A stretch of 64,000 bases of DNA from Setoptus koraiensis (lineage: Eukaryota; Animalia; Arthropoda): NCBI GenBank assembly GCA_048013815.1, contig CM106585.1, positions 1,736,001-1,800,000 of the forward strand, written 5' to 3'. The translations under genes and the position numbers were made by a program. The notes under the pieces were generated by a model, which was not told the DNA's origin, made no database searches, and saw only the letters and a list, made by a program, of their open reading frames with translations. Of this stretch, positions 37,278-49,300 are shown piece by piece. The first letter of the stretch is position 1, and the number at the start of each line of letters is the position of its first letter.

Positions 37278-38329
37278 TTACTTTCTTCCCCATTTCTGAA
37301 ATAGGCCCATTCTGTTTGATAGTGAATATGGGATATAATAGCAGACAAAGGTTGTGTAAAAGGTTGCAAAGTAACAAAGGTTGCAGTGCCAAGCGCAAAG
37401 AAAGAAATGAAGTTAATTTACTAATTGAATTATCATCATCATCATCATCGTAACTCTCTAATCAAAAGCATCTGGCTTGCGAGCCAAGCCAAGGTACAAA
37501 GCAACAAGACAGACAGACGGACAGACAGAAAGGCAAGCGGTCAGATGGAGAGTATTGATATAGATATTCACTCACCTGTAACATTTACAGTTTGTGCCCC
37601 ACAGATTGCAACGGCAAGCACTGTCTTGGCAACAATCATCGGGTCTGTGATCGCAAGATTTGCCACGGGAAATACAAAGCGATTGGCGCTTGTAGAGCAA
37701 ATTGAGTGCTTGATGATAGTACTCGTTCATGGGATCTACAGCATCGCCTGATATTGGTAGTTGATGGGCAGTTGATAGATGATGGATAAGAGAAAAATAA
37801 TAATGAATTATTGATGATGCACGATCAATTGTAAATGATAGATGATTGGGCATGCAATAATTGTAATGATTGTAGGTGTCGTTGTTGTGGCACAAGTGAG
37901 AGCGAACCGAGCAAACAATCATTAATTAATGATTGTTTGCTCAGTCTGAGAGCGACCGAGTGATTATCAGTTGCTGTTGGCATTATGCCAACTATTGCCG
38001 ATCGGTTTGTTGAGTTGATTGTTGAGTATTTGGTTGAGTGTTTAGTTGAGTATTTGGTTGGGTGTTTAGTTGAGTATTTGGTTGGGTGTTTAGTTGAGTA
38101 TTCAATAGGGTACTCAATTGGGTTTGAAGCAGAATACAAATGATGGCGCCAATGCAAATATCTTACCTTGCGAGGGAACAGTGCGATACTTGTAATAGGG
38201 AGTGAGAGGTTCCCCTTGAACCAAGCCAAATGTCTGAGTGCTTTGTCCATTGCTACTGGACAATGCCGTTAAAGCTATGAGTAGCAACGCCAGTGAGCTG
38301 GTCGACATTAATAGGATCTTGATGAGCAT
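37278..38329 (-). CDS. Agatoxin-like neuropeptide (ALP) precursor; exons 38329-38167, 37747-37576, 37311-37278 (122 aa)
   Basis: Signal peptide, KR site, 8-Cys knottin QSLCISRGKSCDHRPDDCCQDSACRCNLWGTNCKCYR|MGLFQKW-GRK* with amidation signal. Splice sites are GT-AG and phase-consistent. An alternative in-frame ATG lies at 38686. Confidence 0.9.
38021..38102. repeat. 24-bp minisatellite (about 3 copies) in ALP intron 1
   Basis: ttgagtatttggttg(a/g)gtgtttag repeated. Confidence 0.85.
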
Positions 38330-40402
38330 ATGGTGCTGGTGTCTTAAATTTCGCAATGATGACAACGATGATGACGATGATCTAACTAATGTTGCACAAT
38401 GTGATGTTGTTGCAATCTTGTTGTTGTTGTTGTTGTTGTAACGTTGTAGCGCTGTGCTGCGAGCCATACTAGTTGTGTCACACGATTGTCGCTGCTGTTG
38501 CCGAGAGTGGCCACTGGTCAAGCATTGGCCAACATTGTTACATAATGGCCTCCGTTGCGCGCAGTTGCTCTGTTGTTCAGCTTTGTTGTTGCTACTGCTG
38601 TTGCCGCTGCTCGTGCTGTTGCTCGTGCTGTTGTTATGTTGCATCACATTGGAATTGTGTGTCAGTTTTTTAATTGCCTTCGACATATGTCTCTATAGTT
38701 GTGTGTTTGTTGCTTTTATTTGGTCGTCCTCGTATAACAGTTAACGGCCTGAGTTGGAGTTGATTGCGTTTATGTAGTGTGTGTGTGTCAATTGAATTAA
38801 AGAGATTATTAGAGAGATCGACCAATTGGATAGTTTGTTGAGAAGCGAATGGCACAAAATCGGAACAATGTTTTATTTTTATTATTATTTTTGCAATAAC
38901 AAAAATAATAATAATATAATAACACAACGATTCAATAATATAGTAATATAATAATATAATGATATACTAATATAGGTGATAAAATTGCACGCGCTCAAAG
39001 TGAGTAACAAAGATTTATTTCGCCTATCATACTGTCATTATTCTCTGGCTCGCTCGTCTGATATCGTTGTCATAATTATTATTATTTTGTTCGTAATATT
39101 GGTCAAGCTGGCGTTGGTGTGAAATTGACAATTGTGAGCAATTTAATTGAGAGTTTAGCTGTTGTTGCGTTGTGTTGCAAATGTCAGTCAACTTGTAAAT
39201 GTCAGTCCTGGCAAAATGTTGTTGCTCGGTTGGTTGGACGGATGATGGTGATGCATCCATAATATGGATTCTATATAACGGTACGTGATATCGTGAGTGA
39301 TATCGTTTGTGGGTGTGCGTGTGTGTCGTAATGGCAAACGTGATATATTTCGACATAGCTGATTCATTTCATTTCCTTTTTTTCACTTTTGCTCCGAATG
39401 TAGTTAAGTGGTTGAGCGGCTGTTGTTGTTGGCAAGTGTAACAAAGTGACAATTGCTCAATCATTGATCAACAACGACAACGACAACAACAGCAACAACG
39501 ACAACGACAACAACAACAACAACAACAACGCCAATCATTAGTTTGCCGACACTAGCTAGCACTAGTAAAGTCTCTCGACACCGACGCCTACATTGATGCT
39601 TATCGCCTCAACAGTTACATCAAAGCAGTTGTGCCCAGATTCATGCGACAGTTACGTGAGTTGCGAGAGAGACAGTTAGATGGATGTTGTAGATTGTGTA
39701 CGGCGTGAATAGATGTTCAGATCTACAGATGAATACATCGATAAATAGAAATACGGAGCGTCTGTCTTTTTATATTTATTTATCGTCGACGCACGGACGG
39801 ATAGAGCCGGCAAACTGATGGATACAGCAATGACTATAGGATGTGGCTGGGGATAATTGCACTATCATCAATAATATCTCTTGCCCCTATCGTTCACTCA
39901 TTGCAGTTTGTGTTGTCGCTATTTTTGAAGCAAACCGCCAGGGATAAACAAACAACAACAAGCCGATCAGTGTCTTTTCAGTTACAATGGCAAGACACAC
40001 ACACACACAACTCAGCAATGATAAAGCATCTGTTGTAACTTATGCCGTTATTCCCAAGTTAGACCAACGAAAGCAAGTTGTTGTGTGTGTGTGTGTCAGA
40101 TAATGTTTGTCAGATAAATAGCTCGCTTGGCGTTTGCTGGCGGCGAATGTAACGCGAACAAGTGAATTTTGTTGTAGCTGTTGTTGTTGTGGTTGTTGTT
40201 GTTGGCGCTTGTTGTTGTTGGCGCTTGTTGTTGTTGTTGTCTACATTGCGCAATTTTAATAAAGTGACTGCTGACAAGTGAGCTCGCAATATCCGCCCAC
40301 GCGCGTCATAGTACACCAGTGAGTGAGCCAGAGTATAGCGACCTCGTAGCTGCAAACTGCATTCACTCACAACTTGTGACTCACAAGCCGGTCTTGCCGC
40401 TG

Positions 40403-40433
<31 letters not shown>

Positions 40434-40941
40434 GCATAGAGCGGCGCACACTGATAGTGCATGGCAACACGACAAAAGAATTGTGGCGATTGCATTCGCT
40501 GGCAAGACATTTTTGTTGTTGTCGTTAAATTGACGCATGTGTGTGTGCCCTGCGTACGTGTCATGTCGAATGTTGCCCGTGTGATCCGATTCAACCGATC
40601 ACATCACATCGTGTCGCTGTGATGTAACCGAAGCCGGCCGCTCAATTGGCAAGCTAGCCCAGCCATTTGATTGAGTGGCTGATCAGTGGTGAGACTCTAA
40701 ATTTACACCTGGCAAGTTTTTACTAAAAGCAAGCGAGCGAGAGTTGACACAAATAACGAGCGCACTCTCACTGTGTGCGCGTGTGGGTCATGAAAATAAT
40801 AACGCGCTCTCATGTAACGGTTAATATTGTATCGCCGTAATTACGTCGTGATGCAGCAGCGAGTTGCATTTTAAAACACACACACAAGTGCTAAATTCAC
40901 CTGTGCGCCGTGACCTATCTCTCACTATGATAGAGTCACCT

Positions 40942-40982
40942 GTCACTCAGGTGAGTCACTCAGGTGAGTCACTCAGGTGAGT
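40942..40982 (+). repeat. 13-bp unit x3 (gtcactcaggtga) containing E-box CAGGTG and AP-1 TGAGTCA
   Basis: Three perfect copies; CAGGTG at 40948, 40961 and 40974. Confidence 0.9.
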
Positions 40983-42279
40983 GTGTAATCTTTTGCTAAC
41001 AATGCGGCCAGCTTACACAACTTTCTTTCGGGCATGTTTACGCTTTATTCACTTTGCTTGTTATTCAGTGCGTTGGCTCGCCGGCTTCATTGGCGCGCTC
41101 GCCATGTTGCGCCGGCATGACACCGCCAGCCACGCACATTAATGGACATAGATGCCACCGCCAAACTGTCGCCATAAACACACTGGCTAGACGCTGCTGG
41201 CTAGGCGCTGCTGCCCAGTGCCGCTATGTGCCGCTTGGCGTGATTGCCCGCCAGCCATTGTTGCTGTTGTTGTTGTTGTTGTTTTCGTTGTTGCTGTTGT
41301 TGTTGGTGTGGTTGTTGCTGTTGTTGTCGGTGTTGCTGTCTCAGTTTGAGCCAGTCTCGGTAGGTGCACCCAGCGGGGAACAAAGCAGTGCCGGCCCCAA
41401 GAGAGCGAGCGACACTTTTAGCAACAGCAACACCGATTTGAAAAGGGCGCCCAGCTACTTCCGCTATTTTCAATCTGGTCTAAATAACAAATTGCATTGG
41501 TGGTGAAAGTTGTCGCCACGGGTGGTCAATTGGCATGACAAACAAACAGCCGATTAGCGGGAGCTGGCCATTGGTCCATTGGTCCATTGGGGCAGCACGT
41601 GCATCGCGGCGGACAGCGCGCACGTAATAACAGCGGCTAGCCAGCATATGACACAACACGTAACTAGTGACGCGATTGTGTCAATTGTGTGCCAAAGAAT
41701 AAAGCGACACACACACACACACACGCACACGGCAAACAAGTAAATAAATGAATGTTGTTGCGAGTGGCAAAAGATGAGCCAAGATAAACATCTTATGATG
41801 ATACAAACAACGCGCCGACGACAAAACGCGCCCACGATACAACGTGTGGCGCGCACTGACGTGGCGCCATCAATGGCAAGCTTGATTGATTTGCAAACTT
41901 GCAAATTGATTTACTCAATGGGCACGCGCTGGATTTACACAATGGCTCAAATTAGCCGGCGCTGCTTTTGGCCTGCTTTGGCTGCATTGAGCGCCATTAT
42001 GTAATTGCCATTGCCGGCTTTATTATGTATTGCAAGCCGTGGCAAGCTGGCAGCGCGTGCCAGTGCCACGGGGGCCAATGCGCCCCAATGGCTAACTTGT
42101 GTGGCAGTTGGTTACATTTAGTTACAGTTTGTGGATAAATAGCAATTGAGTTGGTGCGCGTGCAGTTGCCAGTCACCGCAATACTGCACACTTATAAACA
42201 CGACACACCAACAACATATTGCATAATGGCACTGGCGCCATACGGCAGCCAACGCCAAACAGCCAAGCTAGCGCTAATA

Positions 42280-42392
42280 ATAATAATGGCTAATAATAAA
42301 AGATAGTAATAATAATAAGAATAATAATAATAATAGTAATAATGGCAATAGTAATAGTAATAATAATAATAATAACAGTAATAATAATAGGC
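42280..42392. repeat. Imperfect (AAT)n microsatellite
   Basis: Long taa/aat run with scattered substitutions. Confidence 0.85.
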
Positions 42393-45300
42393 CATAAATA
42401 AAAATGATGGTTACAGTGGGCGCGATTTGCATCATGCAAATCGCGCAAATCTAGTTGATGACCGTTACAGCCGGCAGCTATAAATACAAATATAAATAGT
42501 GGACACAACTGACCACAACACTGTCCAGACAATGGACAGGCTATCTGTCTATGTTTATATCTAAATACGTGCTGGCATGTGTTGGTGTAACCAGCTCATT
42601 GAGATAAATGTCACATGTTTGCAAATAAATGCGCCTTTTAAACACAAGTCGGCTCGACAAAATGATGAGTTGGCCCAGTCAACGACAACAATTGTGCGCC
42701 TCGACAGTTTTAATTCAGCTCAACACTAATAGCTCACAGTGGCAACAATTACAATTACCATTTGAGCCACTTGCTGTGCTCTTGTTTATGTAACATTCGC
42801 CTCGTATGACAACAACAACAATACACATCGTTGTTGTAAAATGTAATTCAATTGATTTTGTTCAATTTCAATCATTCAATTTCCATTATGCTGGCCACAC
42901 ACGTTTTGGCCACACGAGTTGGGGCGCCCTTTGAAACGGTTTCATGTGAGAACAGAGTTTGAACAACTCATTTGAACAACGGCTCGTTCCAAGATGACAC
43001 TTGCATGCTACTGGATACTTGCATTAACTGGCATTGAATTGCCCTCAATTTGAGCGCTCTCTCCCTTGCCAAAGCACGTTATGGCCCACGTGTCGTGACT
43101 ACTCGAAACTGATGAAATGAATAAATGGAAACAAATACCCCAAATGCAGTTTACGTGAATATACCGTTACAATGGTATATTCACTAGCTTAAAGTTAGCG
43201 TATTGTGCATGCACTCACATGTGAGTAGCTCTCTAAATGTCACAATAAACATTTGTTGGTTGTTGCATCTCTGCTGACATAATCCACTGACAGATGGACT
43301 TGTCATCCTGTTTAAATTGCTGCACTACACTTATGGCCAATTCATCGTATGACCACCAACCAAGCAACCAACAAAATAGTTTGCTGGTCATCGAATGCTA
43401 GCACCAACATACAACCAAGTGAAATTGCATCATATTTTGCTTTTATCTCTCTATTGCACACACATATTGCATGACCATATCCATTCATCTCTCTAATTTG
43501 TGTCTGTCTGTGCTAACTTAACTTGAGTTATGTGCCGTTTGTGCGTCGTGTGCGTCGTGTGCGTCATGTAGCGGGGCCCCGGCCCCAAGTGTCTTAAAGA
43601 ATCAAGTTTGTCTCTTGGAGCACGAATGCGAGCCACGTCACGAGCTGCATTAATGAACAGGCAAGCGAGAAAAAAAAACTTTTCCTCTCTTCTATTCGTT
43701 TTCTGTCACATTTTTCTGCAACAACAACAACAATAACGCACACAGGAAAGTCACCTGAGAAGAGCAATAAAAGTAAGATTCTAATCATGCACGCCATTCG
43801 AGCATGCAAATTACTAACAAGTGTCCGCTTATACGCTCCACTCACAATTGTGTCAGCGCGTGCTATTGGGTTACAATAAATTATAAATAAAATATAATCA
43901 TAACAACGAAATGTAAGCGCTATTGTTGGCTCACTTACCTGACCACTAATGATGTTGCTGTTTGTTGCTTGGTGTAGTCAACGCGAATCAACGCGATTCT
44001 ATTTGCGCTTATTTGTGGCTATTTGTGGCTATTTGTGCTGTCCAGATTCCGGAACACAACAAACCGACCAACAATCTGACCAAACAATGCTGTGCGATGT
44101 TGACCAACAAAATTTGTCTGTGTGTTATTTGATTATAAATAGTATATTTAGATCAAACAAACTGTCACTGTCGTTCTTTGATTTGGTATTGGGCTGTATT
44201 ACGTATGTATTGTTATTATTGTCTATACTGTGTCTCATCACGCAACAAATGATGCTGCTAGTCGAGTCGAAAAGCAATGCAAACCCGACTCACTCACAAT
44301 TGACTCTCTTTTGCCAACACTGCAACACAAAACGAGCTGACAGACACTCAATTACTCACACTTTAACACGGATTATGTATAGATAATCACGCAATGATGA
44401 CCAGGTGCAGTCAAGAGTGGCAAGCAAAAAACTTGTTCAACTTTTTCTCACTGTGCGGCCCACCATGAGCTCACTTACCAAGACAGTTTTGGTTGGGTAC
44501 AACCACACACATAATACAATATAATTGCTTGCGTCAGCCAAACCATGAGCAATGGGCAGCCGGCCAAAGTGAGCACTAAATTTGCGCATGCGGTTACATG
44601 TGCAAACAACCAAAAGCCAGCGACATCTACACACCAAATCCACAAACACATATTGCGTAATATTTATTTATATATATTGCTATAAGTAAGGATAGGCCAA
44701 TTACAGTTTGGGCTAAACGCCCACGTATGACGTAATGCACGTGCTACTTGCAGCACGTATGAACAAAAAATGCTGACAGATGAGAGTTGTTTGCAGTGAT
44801 CAATAGTTCACATTGACATTGATAGCGTCGTCAAGAGGACAGTAGCTACATCAATAATATTTATCTATCCGCATCTTGTGCCTAGGTAATTCTGTTGAAT
44901 CCCATGATCAATAACAACATAACTGACATGATGTAAACAACGTGTTTGTGTGAAACGCATCTGTTGTTGTCGTTGTCGTTGTCGTGGTTGTTGTTGTCGT
45001 TGTTGTTGCTTGTGTCGTTGTCGGCTAAGGTCAGGTAAGCGGAAGTTGGAACCAGAGCAAGTGGTAACAGATGAACGGCAGTGGTCAGTTTGTTTAGACT
45101 GACCACTGCCATTCATGTGCAATAATGTATGGGCTAATGTATAGGAAACATAATAAAACCATTACTGGCTCGGTGATTGTTGTTGTTTTGCTCATCACAC
45201 GAGCTGACGGAGCTATGAGCGATAAATCGTGACAGCATCATCAATGAATAAAGACACTTGTGTGTCACAAGTTGAGCCACCAATTGGCGCCAATATTAGC

Positions 45301-46317
45301 TCAGGTGCCGGAATAAAAACACTACTAACCCATTTATAAATCAATGTGCCGACCATTACCGAAGAAAAAACAAAATGAAACTTGTCAGCCATTTAAACGC
45401 GCATCACATGGCGCCTCATGATCGTGTCACATTTGATTATCTGATTATATCGCGCGTGATATCTCGTACAGAGGGAGCCACCCAAATTGTGGGCCACAAT
45501 CACCCGTCAAAGGTGAAGGCGCAGAGGGATGCCTCGGGCAGTTTTAAGACTCGAGCACGTGCCAGCTAGCATGATATTGAATGTCCCACAAACACCGCGA
45601 AGGCATGTCAAGCGAGCTAATCAATTGATTGATAGAGATGAAATAAATGTACCGAATGCATCTTAAAACACGTTGACGAAGAATTTTTCGTCGAAGCCAG
45701 TGCTCTCGCCGAGAACAAAAATCGCTCTAGCAAAGACTGTTCGATGAGGATCCCGGGACCAGCACAAAGTTGGCGAAACATCTCAAAATAGAATCAGAAA
45801 GCTCGTGGCGACAAAAAATTTTGTTTGAAGAAGAAAACGAAGAAGCGCATTCACGCACTCTGAGCGAGCCAAGAAACATCGCTCCGGAGTCCGGACACAT
45901 TTATTATAATAAATGTTCAAATATTGAACAGGACTCATAGTTTAAATTGAACAGATCCGGAGATTCAATAATCGCAAGATGTAATAACCTTTCTGTCGCA
46001 CTCAGGTACCAGATTCATCAAGGCGTCAATCAAAGCCAATCGATATCAATTTTGAGAAATTTTCAGTGGAAGCTGAAACCAAAGTTCGGTGTTAGGTGAA
46101 ACGGGTGCCAACCAAAATTGCCCTGAGCATATGAGCCCCTGGTCACATGAGTCGTAAGTGAGTTTTATGTGTGCGAAGCGGAAAAATCACTCCACTCGAC
46201 AGAGCCATTTCACCTGTTTGGCCATCTCTAGAAATCGTGTGTCATCGCGTTGTGTTAAGGCAGCGCCACGGGATTGAATGCTATTTATTAGATAAAATAT
46301 GAGCGATATTAGCGCCA

Positions 46318-49300
46318 TCACACCAGCTCATATTCCAACTTTTTGATGTCTTGAATCTCGTGCTTAAACACGTAATAGTACTTTGGTGTTCTCATTTTCT
46401 AATTTGTTTGAATGCAGCAAACATGAGACGGTACGAGATGAGAGAATTTAAAGTTAGATTGATGATATGACATTTGCCAATAATTGATTGCTGCTGCACC
46501 ATTGCTCATACTTACCACATCGCGAGCTGCCTCGTCGGAGCCGGCATCAATTAGCAGGTTGCGTATGTCGTCGGCCTTGTCCGATTGAATACCGTACGCA
46601 TAGTGAAGGGCCGTTCGGCCCATATTGTCCGTGCAATAGATGCTTCGTTTGTCTATTCTAATTAACTCCTCTAGAATGTCTGTCCTCTCAAACAATGTCG
46701 CTATATGGGCACTAGTGCGCGAATAAACCGATTTGGCGGTCACTAAATCAAAATGTTTCTTAATTAAAATGCTGACGCCGTGCCTGTAACCGTGCCTGAT
46801 GAACGTGTGCAATTCGTCTCGCCATTTTTTGAAAATCGGCCAACTGTTGTAGAAATTGAATCATTTTGGTTGATTTCAACAATTTCAATATGAGCATAAT
46901 ATCGTTGCCATCCAAATCGGCCACATGAATCAATGGCGAGTAACCCTGGTGTTGCAAATGTTTCAATAGTTTTATGTTTTCGCCAACAAAGGCATCAATG
47001 ATGAATTGATCAATCACTTGTACGTTACTCAATAAATTAAATTGTGCCGCTATGTCGCGCATTGTCCGGTAAAATATATCACGTTCGGCCAATAATTGGG
47101 CACCATGAGTCAATATCTTGTAAAACGTTTGATTGTTTTGTGTTCGCGACGATATAAAATGCAAATACGTTTGTCCGTAGGCATTCTTAACAGGTACACT
47201 CATGGTCAGACTTGCCAGCTGACTATTGCCGGTTGTATTGTTGTTGTTGGCCTGTTTGTTGTGTTGCTGCTGCTTCTGATTACAGCCAATTACAACCGCT
47301 TCCGGTTGCGACTTGCCGCTCAAATTGTCGGTGTTTTGGCGCATTTGTGTCTGCTGCTGTTGCTGTTGGTTTGTGTGCGGACAATCTGTGACAATTGGTT
47401 TGGGCAGCAGCGCATTGTTGTTGTTGTTGTTGTTGTCGCACGAGCTGCAATAAGAGGACGAAGACGCCGACGAGGGCGCCGAACCGGCCAAAGAGGAACC
47501 CGTCGATGTGACAGTCGACGACGATTGGTTAGACCATGACGATGATATAGAGCAAGAACGGACACTATTGCCGTATTTCTGTTGTTGTTGTTGTTTCAGT
47601 GAGCTCCTCAGCGGAGATTGGCCCCCCGATTTGAGAATGCCTTCCAATTGATTTGTTGTTTGTTGTTGTTGTTGTTGTTGTTGTTGCAATTGATAGTGTT
47701 GTTGCTGTTTGTTTTGGCAAATGATGCGACCATTGTGCCTGTTAGGGTCAAACGTGACCCTGTTTGTGGTCAATATGTTATTTGTTGATCGTATTGATTT
47801 GGCCGTCATGCGGATGTCGTTCATTATTTGATCGACGCGCGTCTTTAATTCATTCTTTTCCCTTTTAACTGTGTTCTCGAATTCGGTGGACAATCGCTCA
47901 ACTCGTTCAATGTCTTCGTCGCTGCTAGCTTGTCTTATGTAATTGTCGTCATCGTTGTTGTCGTTGGTGTCTAGCACATTGAAATAACTACTACCTGCAC
48001 TAATGGCTGGCATTGTGACATTTGCCTTCGTTGTTGGCATCATGGCGTTTGTTTTTGTTGTTGTTGTTACTGTTGCTGCTGCTGCTGCTGTGGGCCCAAT
48101 AGAAACATTATCGCTGTTGTCTAATTGTTGAATTGGCCGCTGATCAAAACTAGAGCATCGCCTGTACACAACATCATAACATTCAACCTTTTCCATATTG
48201 TCATTGTGCATTATGGACGGAATTATTACGCCGCCCACCATTGTTGTTTGTTGTCTTGGTGATTTGTTGGGTATCAGGGTATTTTTCGGATCGATTTCAA
48301 AAGGAGAAAGCGAGGCCTCTTTTTGTGGGCCACTTTTGTTTGTCAGTGCCGTTGTAATAAATGGCAATATATCGTTTTCGGCACCAAAGTCCAGCGATAC
48401 CTTGTGGGCACTATTGATAGTGTTTTTAGTCTTCCATGTTGCCGCCTGATCGCCTACGTGATGCGAGGCACGACGCTTCTTTTTGCCACTGATGTTGGTG
48501 TCGTCTATTGTGGCCAATTGCTCTAATTTGCCAATATCTAGCTCGCTGTTTGTGTCCAGCAGATAGCCTGTCTTGTATACGCTGAGATGATCCTCATCGG
48601 CCTCCTTGGACATGAGCGGCCCATGAGCTGTCAGCTGACGGTCATCGACACATAATTGTTGTTGTTGACGCTCGCCGTCACCCTCTTCACCTGTCACAAC
48701 TGGCAAAAGTGGCAAATGTGGCAAAAGTGGAGAAAGTGGTGAAAGTGGTGAAAGTGCAGCAGTTGTTGCTGTTGGACCTAGCACATTATAAATGGTGCTC
48801 GGCACCGACGAAACAAAAGAACTGGCGGAATGGGGCCTATTATCGGGCGACGCCAAATGACAATATCTGCCATCGCTAGGCTCCTCAATGTTTCTGTCGT
48901 CATCAGTGTCCGTGTTTGAGTGACGTGCCGACACGAGCGCCGACGATTCATCCATCACTAACTTTGCCAGTGGGTTACTATCTCCTATTGTGTCCAATCT
49001 CTCCAGTTTACTGCTCAAACTCTCCTGAGGAATATCACGCAACAACAGATCACTGTCACTATCAAGCGGCATCTCACTGAAATTATCCCTCTTCGAAGTG
49101 TAACCCGCTTGTGATTGTTTGTCACCGTCCAATTCAGCCTGCTCATCAACTTGACCAATTGATTTTTTATCCGTCTCATTGCGCCATATATCCGTAGGTG
49201 CCGACTGTTGTGACTTGTCCGACGGTTTGTCCGACTTCGGCTTGTTTTGTCCGGTGGCGAGCTTCGTTTGTTGGCACGCCTTCAATATCAAGTCGTCGTA

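Noticed and set aside
37047-44400. Many poly-Leu/Cys/Val/Tyr 'membrane' ORFs in the ORF track
   Set aside because: These are translations of (TTG)n, (TGC)n and (TAT)n microsatellites, mostly antisense to or outside real genes.
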